IMG/VR virus record: IMGVR_UViG_3300044499_000010 | Source of the DNA: a virus | DNA: 43,313 bases | Reading direction: 5' to 3' (one strand) | Part shown: positions 33,713 through 40,751 of the stretch, piece after piece | How positions within the stretch are numbered: position 1 is the stretch's first letter | How the letters are laid out: every line of letters begins with the position of its first letter | Translations under genes and position numbers: made by a program | Notes under the pieces: generated by a model | The model's database searches: none | Told to the model about the DNA's origin: nothing | What the model saw: the letters and a program-made list of their open reading frames with translations, nothing else

Positions 33713-34021
33713 TCACAGCTGCACCTGCTTGAAACAATGCAGCCAGACCACCTGCACCGGCTCGAATCCAGCCCGAGGATGAATGCTCCGCCAGACCTCC
33801 TGAAAATGCTCGATACTGTGACAGCCTTCCTGCTCCCAGCAATCTCGCGCGACATAATCCAGCGGAATCCGACACACATGCGTGAGCACAAAGGTCGCGC
33901 CAAACTCGTCGAACGTGTCACCAGGCGACCCCATCCGCTTCGTGCGAGCGGTACAGGTCTTGACGCCAGAGAGCATGGGGTCCTTGAAGTACGGCTTGAA
34001 AGGTATGTGGACCTTGCTCAT
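33713..34021 (-). CDS. ASCH-domain-like protein
   Basis: MSKVHIPFKPYFKDPMLSGVKTCTARTKRMGSPGDTF...CWEQEGCHSIEHFQEVWRSIHP. ATGA overlap with the upstream gene. Confidence 0.5.
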   Translation of the reverse strand: MSKVHIPFKPYFKDPMLSGVKTCTARTKRMGSPGDTFDEFGATFVLTHVCRIPLDYVARDCWEQEGCHSIEHFQEVWRSIHPRAGFEPVQVVWLHCFKQVQL

Positions 34022-34263
34022 CCCCGCCCCCGTCGCACCGCCGCGCCTTCGGCAATCGCGCAGCCGCGACACAGGGTGGAATACTTACTGCGCATTTGGC
34101 CACACAGCGCGCAGGCGTTCGTCCCCATCATGCGCGGCGAGACGTAGGGCGTGGGCAAGGGGTCGTTTTTGCGGTAGCCACAATTCAGGCACCACGTCTC
34201 TGACACATTCGGCCACTCGATACAGCGCGTGATGAGGCAGCCTGCACAGCGGGGGCAGCGCAT
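34018..34263 (-). CDS. Cys-rich zinc-ribbon protein (81 aa)
   Basis: MRCPRCAGCL...WCLNCGY...CALCGQ...CRGCAI contains four CxxC pairs. Confidence 0.5.
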   Translation of the reverse strand: MRCPRCAGCLITRCIEWPNVSETWCLNCGYRKNDPLPTPYVSPRMMGTNACALCGQMRSKYSTLCRGCAIAEGAAVRRGRG

Positions 34264-34271
34264 GAGACCTC

Positions 34272-34478
34272 CTATTTATGTTTATGCGAACTCTTAAACC
34301 ATTGCTTCGTCCCAGGTCGTCGAAATTCTAGCGGGTGCCGCACGAATAGTGTTTCTCGCAAATCGTAGACGCCGACCAGGCCTTCATCCTGGTCCCCAGG
34401 AGCCAGAGAGGCTACGAGATAGGTCGAACCATCATTGTCTTTGTCTTCGTACACATAGATCACTTTTGATAACGCCAT
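34272..34478 (-). CDS. Hypothetical protein (68 aa)
   Basis: Listed ORF with RBS GGAGGA upstream. Confidence 0.45.
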   Translation of the reverse strand: MALSKVIYVYEDKDNDGSTYLVASLAPGDQDEGLVGVYDLRETLFVRHPLEFRRPGTKQWFKSSHKHK

Positions 34479-34487
34479 AACGTCCTC

Positions 34488-35543
34488 CTATTTCTTCCCC
34501 TTCACCGCCTTCATCACTTTCATGTACCGCTGATAGAGACTCGCGCGGTCATCGGTAGACAGCCGCTTATCGGCCACGACATCATTCCAAACCTTCTGTC
34601 CGCTAATCGGTTCGGTAATGGAATCAATCGCGGTGTGATGATCGACCACCGCGGATGACTGCTCAAAGAGATTATCGGCAGGAGCATCGCTGACTTGCTG
34701 GGTGATGCCCGTTCGCTCGGCTTGGGAAACATCCACTCCCGTGCCAACGTGTCCAGCGCCGTCCTCCTGCCTGTTCTCCGCCTGCGCCACGGGGGGTTCG
34801 CGCTTGGCGATCTCCGCTTTGAGCGCATCGCGCATTTTCTCGTTGAGGCCCTTGTATTTTGCTTTCTCAGGATCAGCGATTGACTTTTCCGCTCCCGCCA
34901 AGTAGTAGCGCAATTCCTCAACCGGCACGGCGGGGTCATCCATTTGCTGCCCCTTGTGCCGGCCATAATTCGGAAGTTTCATGGTGGCATTCGGGTCGCT
35001 GTCCCGATATGTCACCTTGCCAACATCCTCGCGCTTAATCCCTGCGCCAGCCAATTCCTCCCAGGTGAGATTGCGGATACCGAGCAATCGACTGATCCCG
35101 TTTCCTAGGCAGTTGGTCATGGCCCCTTTCTTCACATCATTCCGGTCGATCTCCGAAGGGGGAATGGGTTTATCCTTACTACCTCCAAAGAACGGGTCTT
35201 GACTGCCGCGCGTGCCAATCACTTCAATTTCGGCGGTGCCCATGGAGAAATAGCCCTTGAATAAATAATCAAAGTGTCCATCGTCGTAGTCCTCGCGCAC
35301 CGGCGGATCAAGCCGCCACGAAATCCCAAAGAGCCGCGCCACCTTCTCGGCGCCAGAGACCGCCATGTACGGCTTCCCGCCTTGGTCGTTCCAATCGTGC
35401 GCGTTCGTCACCTTGAGTGAGAGAATCTTGATCCGCATGATCGCTTCCACCCGTCGCTCCGCCGCTGCGGCTACGGCCAACAGTTGATCGTCACCCAATC
35501 CTGTCGGCACGACTGCGACGGCTTGTCCGTTCTCTTCAGGCAT
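34488..35543 (-). CDS. Putative single-strand annealing protein (Rad52/ERF-like superfamily)
   Basis: 351 aa, immediately downstream of the exonuclease gene. KKGAMTNCLGNGISRLLGI resembles the K-x-A-x-T...LGIG motif of Rad52-like annealases. It has a long acidic, disordered C-terminal tail. Confidence 0.45.
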   Translation of the reverse strand: MPEENGQAVAVVPTGLGDDQLLAVAAAAERRVEAIMRIKILSLKVTNAHDWNDQGGKPYMAVSGAEKVARLFGISWRLDPPVREDYDDGHFDYLFKGYFSMGTAEIEVIGTRGSQDPFFGGSKDKPIPPSEIDRNDVKKGAMTNCLGNGISRLLGIRNLTWEELAGAGIKREDVGKVTYRDSDPNATMKLPNYGRHKGQQMDDPAVPVEELRYYLAGAEKSIADPEKAKYKGLNEKMRDALKAEIAKREPPVAQAENRQEDGAGHVGTGVDVSQAERTGITQQVSDAPADNLFEQSSAVVDHHTAIDSITEPISGQKVWNDVVADKRLSTDDRASLYQRYMKVMKAVKGKK

Positions 35544-36450
35544 CTGGCAATCCTTTCGTTACGGTCAGTTGATCGATCTTCGTTTTCCAATACTTCGGCT
35601 TGTCCTTGGGTTCAATCCATTTCCCTGTGAGGAGGAAGGGGCCGCACAACACCTTCGGTTTTTCTTTTACCAAATCCTTAATCTCTCCATCTAACTCTTC
35701 ATACTCCTTTCGCGGGGGGTCCAGTGCTGCGCGGCGGTGCAGTTTCACTTCCAACTCAGGATCGTTCGTGAGGTCAATCGCCTCCCGCTTCGCTTCTGGC
35801 AAACAGATATGCGCGTAGGCACAGCGCCCGCAAATGTCCTCATCCCATGGAATCGGCGGCGGGGTTTCCTTCTGCGCCACATAGCCATTGATACGCTCGG
35901 CTTTTTTAATCAGTTCCTCAGCCATCGCGTAGTCAAGATCCATCCAGACTTCTTTCAGGAGTCCGCTGCTTTTGTCTTTGAAGATGAACACCCCGCGCTC
36001 GCTGTTCGACAAGAGCAGGTACACCTGCATCTGCGCAGCATAGGCTCGGATATAGTGTTTTTTGGATTGGAGAATATCCTGCGCCGAGTTGATCGTCTTG
36101 AAGGTGAATGGATTCATCGACTTGATTTCGAGCGTGAATGGCTGCTCAAGAATCACCTTGCCGTCCAGGTGCGCGGTGATCTGATATTGCTTCCATTCAT
36201 AGTCTCGCTGTTGCTCAATCACCTGCCAGCCCGCGTCAGCTAAGTCTTTGAGCACTTGTGCCTCTTGCAAATTCCCTTCATCGAAAATGAATTGCAGGCC
36301 CACATCGTAGAGCGTGGCTTCTTCCCAGCGCGTGCGATCAAAGACCAGCTTGCGCTCACAGATATGACCCAAGGAGGAGGCGCGGTTCGTATGACAGGGG
36401 CGCAGTCGGATCTTCTTCTGCTTGGCCTCAATGATTTTTTCAATCAACAC
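35536..36450 (-). CDS. Cas4/RecB-like PD-(D/E)XK exonuclease with 4-Cys cluster
   Basis: GHICERK (N-terminal Cys), HLDGK...LEIKS (D..E-x-K), AAQMQVY (QxxxY), and C-terminal CGRCAYAHIC (CxxCx5C). Preferred start is GTG 36450, with GGAGGAG 5 nt upstream. The alternative start at 36504 adds a Gly-rich extension. Confidence 0.75.
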   Translation of the reverse strand: MLIEKIIEAKQKKIRLRPCHTNRASSLGHICERKLVFDRTRWEEATLYDVGLQFIFDEGNLQEAQVLKDLADAGWQVIEQQRDYEWKQYQITAHLDGKVILEQPFTLEIKSMNPFTFKTINSAQDILQSKKHYIRAYAAQMQVYLLLSNSERGVFIFKDKSSGLLKEVWMDLDYAMAEELIKKAERINGYVAQKETPPPIPWDEDICGRCAYAHICLPEAKREAIDLTNDPELEVKLHRRAALDPPRKEYEELDGEIKDLVKEKPKVLCGPFLLTGKWIEPKDKPKYWKTKIDQLTVTKGLPDA

Positions 36451-36596
36451 TTCCGCTCCTCCAGCCGATCCTGAAGCGCCCGATCCGCCGCCTCGTCTCG
36501 ACAATGTTCACAGGGCCGCAGCGCGCCATGATCGAGACACCACCCGAACCATTGATCGCTCGGCTCGTCGAGCTGGCGGTCGGCGTCGGCGGTCAT
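36444..36596 (-). CDS. Small Cys-containing protein (50 aa)
   Basis: Not in the ORF track. MTADADRQLDEPSDQWFGWCLDHGALRPCEHCRDEAADRALQDRLEERKC. ATGA overlap upstream, and GTGTTGA overlap with the exonuclease start. Confidence 0.4.
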   Translation of the reverse strand: MTADADRQLDEPSDQWFGWCLDHGALRPCEHCRDEAADRALQDRLEERKC

Positions 36597-36787
36597 GGTG
36601 GGGCCTCAGGTCCACCCTTCTTCACATATTCAACCCGATGCGTTTCTTGTTTCGTCATTCCTAGTGCTTCCACGAGCCGATCTAGATCGCTACGTAAGGC
36701 CCAGTATTTCTCGCGCGATTCATCGTTGAGATAATCGATCCGTGTGCTCAGACTCTCAACAGATCGCTTGAGTTTTTTATTGAACAT
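36593..36787 (-). CDS. Hypothetical protein (64 aa)
   Basis: The start MFNKKLKRSVESL has RBS GGGAGG 5 nt upstream. Confidence 0.4.
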   Translation of the reverse strand: MFNKKLKRSVESLSTRIDYLNDESREKYWALRSDLDRLVEALGMTKQETHRVEYVKKGGPEAPP

Positions 36788-36803
36788 CCCCGCCTCCCGC
36801 CCG

Positions 36804-37004
36804 TCAGGGCTTAGCCGACTGCCAGGTGCTACAACTTTTTCCTGCATGAGGTTGGACCGTTGTGACTTCGAGCTCAGAAACAGCGAATGGGATTTGACGT
36901 TCAGCCGTGAGGTGCCGCATAAATTCAACGACTGGATGTCGGCACAATCCAATCACCCTTGGTCTGTCGTACCACCGGCACGTGCCACACCGTTGGTTCA
37001 TCAT
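36804..37004 (-). CDS. Small Cys-rich protein (66 aa)
   Basis: The start MMNQRCGTCRWYDRPRVIGLCRH has a G-rich RBS and an ATGA overlap with the upstream gene. Confidence 0.45.
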   Translation of the reverse strand: MMNQRCGTCRWYDRPRVIGLCRHPVVEFMRHLTAERQIPFAVSELEVTTVQPHAGKSCSTWQSAKP

Positions 37005-37195
37005 CCCCCCCTCCGTATATTCGCCCGTGGCTTCTCGCCATGCGCCCACTGGTCGAGAAATGGCGAAGTGATAAACCCGATGTGTTTCCGCTTGCGCGCG
37101 GCCCGCCAGTCGCTCACCAGCCATGTAGCTAACCAGGCGAACAGGAGCACCGAGGCGACGATGAGGAGGTCCAGGAAGGGATTGCCAGTAGTCAT
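37001..37195 (-). CDS. Small membrane protein (64 aa)
   Basis: MTTGNPFLDLLIVASVLLFAWLATWLVSDW contains a TM helix. RBS AAGGAGA. Confidence 0.45.
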   Translation of the reverse strand: MTTGNPFLDLLIVASVLLFAWLATWLVSDWRAARKRKHIGFITSPFLDQWAHGEKPRANIRRGG

Positions 37196-37212
37196 GGTGC
37201 GTCTCCTTTCGG

Positions 37213-37314
37213 TTAGCTGAAAAACATCCAGTACAGCAGCCCGCTCCACAGGACTCCGCCAAAAGCCACCCGCCACCACACCATCCCCTTGACGCGCGGC
37301 ACGTCGGGGGTCAT
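37213..37314 (-). CDS. Membrane mini-protein (33 aa)
   Basis: Not in the ORF track. MTPDVPRVKGMVWWRVAFGGVLWSGLLYWMFFS. ATGA overlap with the upstream gene, and AAGGAG upstream. Confidence 0.35.
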   Translation of the reverse strand: MTPDVPRVKGMVWWRVAFGGVLWSGLLYWMFFS

Positions 37315-37481
37315 GGCGTGGGCTCCTTCTGGTGTCCGGCGTCAAGGTGTTTCAGCGCGACCGTGGTGATGGCCTTATCCAACTGGTGCTCAATGCCCTT
37401 GAGGTTCCACGTCACGCCAGGGCCCTGCAGTAACAGAATCAATTCCTCGCGCAAGGCTGCGGCAAAGTCGAAGGTCGTCAT
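37311..37481 (-). CDS. Hypothetical protein (56 aa)
   Basis: The start MTTFDFAAALREEL has RBS GGAGGAG and an ATGA overlap. Confidence 0.45.
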   Translation of the reverse strand: MTTFDFAAALREELILLLQGPGVTWNLKGIEHQLDKAITTVALKHLDAGHQKEPTP

Positions 37482-37969
37482 CGTCGCTCCTCCTCGTGGC
37501 GCGGGGTGGCGGCGGGGGACACCGGCAATAGTTTCACGATGGACAAGTCCCAAATACAGCCACTCGCGCAATCCCATCCGTAGTACCAGCTAAATCCAGG
37601 CTCCAAGCGCCGTTCCCAGCAATAGGGCGCAATGATGATGCCCTGATAGGTTGCGGCCACTGTCAGCCAATCGATATACCCAATGAACAAACCACCAACG
37701 GCAGTGCCCGTGCGGTACGTGTCGGTGAATCGGTCGATGTCCGCCACGCCACGCAGGCGAAGAATGTTGGCGGGGTGAGTAAGCTGAATCGTGTAGGCGT
37801 ATTTCACCCCGTTCAGATTCCATGATTCTCCCTCGCACCAGGTTCGCCACGCGGCCCCCACCGACACCCACAGCCCGTGAGGTTTGTAGCCTGGCCGTTG
37901 CTTGTACACATTCGGCCTCAGCATTTCGATGCGTTGACTCGAAAAATGGACGAGATCGTTTTGTGTCAT
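37478..37969 (-). CDS. Hypothetical conserved protein (163 aa)
   Basis: The start MTQNDLVHFSS has an ATGA overlap. Trp/Tyr-rich motifs are present (KPHGLWVSVG, WYYGWDCASGCIW). I do not recognise the family. Confidence 0.5.
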   Translation of the reverse strand: MTQNDLVHFSSQRIEMLRPNVYKQRPGYKPHGLWVSVGAAWRTWCEGESWNLNGVKYAYTIQLTHPANILRLRGVADIDRFTDTYRTGTAVGGLFIGYIDWLTVAATYQGIIIAPYCWERRLEPGFSWYYGWDCASGCIWDLSIVKLLPVSPAATPRHEEERR

Positions 37970-38250
37970 GTCTCCACCCCCGCCGCTGCCTCGACCGGGG
38001 GCGGCAGAGCGGCTTTGACATACCCAAAACTCAAACCAGGGTTTGCGGCTTCTATTTTCAAAATCAGGTTTCGGTCTTTCATGGCATAGAGGTTGTCGAT
38101 AAACTCCTGCATGCTTTGCAGCGCAGATACCAGTGCGTCGTGGTGGCAATAGCGCTTCTCCGCTTCCGTAATGAACTCGAGTAATTCAGGATGATTCGAA
38201 ACAACCAATCCTTTGAGTGCGTAGAAGTCAGCATGTGGTGTCCGTGTCAT
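37966..38250 (-). CDS. Hypothetical protein (94 aa)
   Basis: Listed ORF with RBS GAGGAGGA. Confidence 0.5.
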   Translation of the reverse strand: MTRTPHADFYALKGLVVSNHPELLEFITEAEKRYCHHDALVSALQSMQEFIDNLYAMKDRNLILKIEAANPGLSFGYVKAALPPPVEAAAGVET

Positions 38251-38279
38251 TTCTATCCTCCTCGGCCCACGGGGCGGGG

Positions 38280-38555
38280 TTAGGGTTTCTTCTTTGGTGC
38301 CAGGTATTGCTTCTCTAATTCACCGAGTGACCGTAGGACGGCCCGCACGTCAGCGAGGCCTGGCTTTGTCCCGTACTTCGAGGTGGACCGACAATTGTGC
38401 TGCGTCAAAATCACGATGCCATCAAAGGTCAATCCATTGGTCGAGAGGCGTTGCACCGCCTGACTGATATTCAGAATGGCCGAGGCCATGACATTGCGCT
38501 CCACGGGTCGCTCTTGCTCCTCGATGATGCGGACTTTAGTGTGCGGTACTTTCAT
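38280..38555 (-). CDS. Hypothetical protein (91 aa)
   Basis: The start MKVPHTKVRII has RBS AAGGAGGAGA. Confidence 0.5.
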   Translation of the reverse strand: MKVPHTKVRIIEEQERPVERNVMASAILNISQAVQRLSTNGLTFDGIVILTQHNCRSTSKYGTKPGLADVRAVLRSLGELEKQYLAPKKKP

Positions 38556-38592
38556 CGTCTCCTCCTTCGCGGTGCGGGGTGGTCGTGCGGGG

Positions 38593-38748
38593 TCATCGGG
38601 CGCGCCCATTCTTTTTGGTGAGCCCCACTTCGCGGCGCAAGATAGTGCGGACCCATTCACTAAAGGTCATTTGTTTCTCTGAGGCTTTCGCCTTGCATTG
38701 CGCCGTCAGCACGGGTTCCAGCCGAATGCACTGTGTCTGTTTCGTCAT
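38593..38748 (-). CDS. Ribbon-helix-helix (CopG/Arc-like) DNA-binding protein (51 aa)
   Basis: Not in the ORF track. MTKQTQCIRLEPVLTAQCKAKASEKQMTFSEWVRTILRREVGL shows the beta-strand plus two-helix RHH pattern. RBS AAGGAGA. It is the first gene after a 140-bp divergent intergenic region. Confidence 0.55.
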   Translation of the reverse strand: MTKQTQCIRLEPVLTAQCKAKASEKQMTFSEWVRTILRREVGLTKKNGRAR

Positions 38749-38888
38749 CACGTCGTCTCCTTAAATACATTTGTACGACAAACGCCATACGGTTGTCAAG
38801 AGTTATTTTCCTTGTACGTAGTCCCCACAACTTGACGGTCGTATGACGTTAGTAGTACGTTCGTCGTCAGAGGAATGGAGGTGATGCC

Positions 38889-39089
38889 ATGATGGCTGGG
38901 AAAACCGTGCAGTTAAATGTGCGGGTCTCGCAGACGATGTATCGGAAGGTGCAGCGGTCGGCCAAGAAATCGGGCTGGGATTGCTCCAAGCAGGTCCGCG
39001 CCACCCTGGAGCGGGTGTATGGGGCGGACGATGAGCCCTATTTCCCCGACCTGCCCAGTTCTGACGACCCCTCTCGCAAGGATGCGTAG
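38889..39089 (+). CDS. Ribbon-helix-helix-like regulator (66 aa), upstream of attP candidate and integrase
   Basis: MMAGKTVQLNVRVSQTMYRKVQRSAKKSGWDCSKQVRATLERVYG is RHH-like. RBS GGAGG. Confidence 0.5.
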   Translation: MMAGKTVQLNVRVSQTMYRKVQRSAKKSGWDCSKQVRATLERVYGADDEPYFPDLPSSDDPSRKDA

Positions 39090-39122
39090 CGCCTTGTCGA
39101 GCGAACTGGGCTAGATGTGGGT

Positions 39123-39148
39123 GCGCCCGTAGCTCAATTGGATAGATC
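39123..39148 (+). other. tRNA 5'-half fragment (acceptor stem + D-arm); attP core candidate
   Basis: GCGCCCG-TA-GCTC-AATTGGATA-GA(T)C has a canonical tRNA 5' layout (U8, A14, G18G19, A21). No matching 3' acceptor strand or T-arm follows. It is followed by the palindrome CTTGGTCCAAG and lies 78 nt upstream of the integrase gene. Confidence 0.5.
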
Positions 39149-39225
39149 TTGGTCCAAGGGAGGCTACGGAAGTCGTAATTCATCCCTCCTGTGTGGGGTA
39201 GTGGTCCCATCGGACGTATGCCATC

Positions 39226-39837
39226 ATGGCCAGTATGCGCCGACTCATCGCCTGGATGCTGCCGAAGCCGAAGCGCACACGTGCTCGCGCTAGGGAACGC
39301 TTTCTCTTGCCCCAGGAATGGCAGACGCTCAGGCCCATTCTCGCTAGGCACCCGCTGAAAATCTCCGTCTATTTCTCCATCCTGTTGCTCGAAGGCTCGC
39401 GTCCCTCGGAGGCGCGACTCATGCAACGCGCCCATGTGGATCTCACCCAAGGCCTCTGGCACAAGACGGTCTGCAAGAACGGACGCCGGCAGTTGTTGGC
39501 GTTGAGTCCGACGAGCTGCGCCTTGCTCGCCTCGCTGCCCAATCGGGGGCCGTACTTCTTCCCTGGGGACACGCCACAGGTGCCCTGGTCGAGAACGGCG
39601 GCGAGATATCATTGGCGGAAGATCAGACAGGAGGCGCATCTGGAAGATGTTCAGCTGCGGGATCTCCGCCGCACGTGTGCGACGTGGCTCAGTATGAATC
39701 AAGAGAACCTCATCACCATCCGTGATATTCTGCATCATAGCAGCCTCAGTACCACGCAAATCTATGCGCGGGCCGATCAAGCCTCGACCCGAGCCGCCCT
39801 CACGCGCCATGCGGCGCGGCTGTTCCCGGAGTCCTAA
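39226..39837 (+). CDS. int: Tyrosine recombinase / integrase, short form (203 aa, catalytic domain only)
   Basis: LLLEGSRPSEARLM (Arg I), LRDLRRTCATWL (box with Arg II), ILHHSSLSTTQIYAR (His and Tyr nucleophile). An in-frame TAG 9 codons upstream of the ATG excludes a longer N-terminus. Confidence 0.8.
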   Translation: MASMRRLIAWMLPKPKRTRARARERFLLPQEWQTLRPILARHPLKISVYFSILLLEGSRPSEARLMQRAHVDLTQGLWHKTVCKNGRRQLLALSPTSCALLASLPNRGPYFFPGDTPQVPWSRTAARYHWRKIRQEAHLEDVQLRDLRRTCATWLSMNQENLITIRDILHHSSLSTTQIYARADQASTRAALTRHAARLFPES

Positions 39838-39844
39838 TCGCCGC

Positions 39845-40102
39845 TCATGACGTGCCCGTATGTCGGCTGGGCCACGTTTCTTGTTCCATGAGCGCAAAGG
39901 CGGTAATCATCATGTCTTGCAGTCGCACGGCACGGTCTACGAGTTCTTGGGTGTGCTCGGTGACGCCGGGATAGCATTCGGTCATAATCGCAGACACGGT
40001 GAACGCGAGCAGCTCTGAGAGTCGCGCATCATGCAGAATGCGTTGCTCCATGGCATCGAAGGCACAGGCGGTAATCGTTAAACTAGGCATGGATGGCCTC
40101 AT
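39845..40102 (-). CDS. Hypothetical protein (85 aa)
   Basis: Listed ORF, convergent with int (gene ends 8 nt apart). Confidence 0.4.
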   Translation of the reverse strand: MRPSMPSLTITACAFDAMEQRILHDARLSELLAFTVSAIMTECYPGVTEHTQELVDRAVRLQDMMITAFALMEQETWPSRHTGTS

Positions 40103-40751
40103 GATTCATGGCAAGGATACGGACGACATCCGCCTCGGCAATCGTGTTTTTCTTGAGGAGTGACTCCAGTTCGCGTTGACAGGCCATGGCGCGATGCTCG
40201 TATTCATCGGCCTGCTTCGCCAATCCTTTCTCACGGTAGAGCTGTGCGGTCTTGAAGGCTTGAATCGACCCGCCTTGCGCCTTAATGGCGGCGAAGAGAT
40301 CCCGGCCAAATTCATCGAGCGACAAATAGGCTGGCGTCTCAGCGATCACTGGGAGAGTCTCGGGCTTCGGATCGTGAATCCGTTGCCCATGCGCATAGCG
40401 CCAATATTCCTCTTGATTGAGGCCCCAGCTTGATTTCATGTCATAACCTTCAGCCCGTCTCGTCCACCACGCCTCATAGGCGGGTCGTTCAATGCGTTCT
40501 TCTAAGGTCCTCGCATCCGCCACTAATTGTTTCCAATGGGCATGCCAATGACAGTGGCGTGGCTGTCCGGGCATCTTCCCTGACGCCGGCAAACAACACC
40601 GGTCGAGCGTCACCCAGACACAGCGATGGAGTCGCAGTCCAGATTTCATCGTTAAGAACTCTTCGCTGTTTGTCTCCAATTGGGGTTTGGGCGCATAGCC
40701 GCACACACAGGGATAAGCGTGAATGGCTTTCAAGCAGGCGTCACAGGTCAT
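40083..40751 (-). CDS. Hypothetical Cys/His/Trp-rich protein (222 aa), replication-module position
   Basis: ATGA overlap with the upstream replication-protein gene. The N-terminus MTCDACLKAIHAYPCVCGY and HRCVW...CCLP...HCHWHAHW suggest metal binding. No ATPase motif seen. Confidence 0.5.
   Translation of the reverse strand: MTCDACLKAIHAYPCVCGYAPKPQLETNSEEFLTMKSGLRLHRCVWVTLDRCCLPASGKMPGQPRHCHWHAHWKQLVADARTLEERIERPAYEAWWTRRAEGYDMKSSWGLNQEEYWRYAHGQRIHDPKPETLPVIAETPAYLSLDEFGRDLFAAIKAQGGSIQAFKTAQLYREKGLAKQADEYEHRAMACQRELESLLKKNTIAEADVVRILAMNHEAIHA

Noticed and set aside
38593-39089. RHH proteins as antitoxins of a toxin-antitoxin module
   Set aside because: Neither RHH gene is followed by a recognisable toxin partner (no ParE/RelE/PIN/GNAT-toxin-like ORF). 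Their positions at divergent promoters and next to int fit transcriptional or excision control better.
39121-39200. Complete tRNA gene
   Set aside because: Only the acceptor 5' strand and D-arm are canonical. The would-be anticodon arm is a palindrome with a 1-nt loop, there is no TPsiC arm (GTTCGAATC-like), and no 3' strand is complementary to GCGCCCG. I treat it as a fragment and attP candidate.
38803-39897. 364-aa minus-strand ORF covering the RHH/attP/int island
   Set aside because: It is antisense to an ORF with clear tyrosine-recombinase motifs. Its translation is Arg/Pro/Gly-rich low complexity typical of shadow ORFs in GC-rich DNA, with no RBS or motif.
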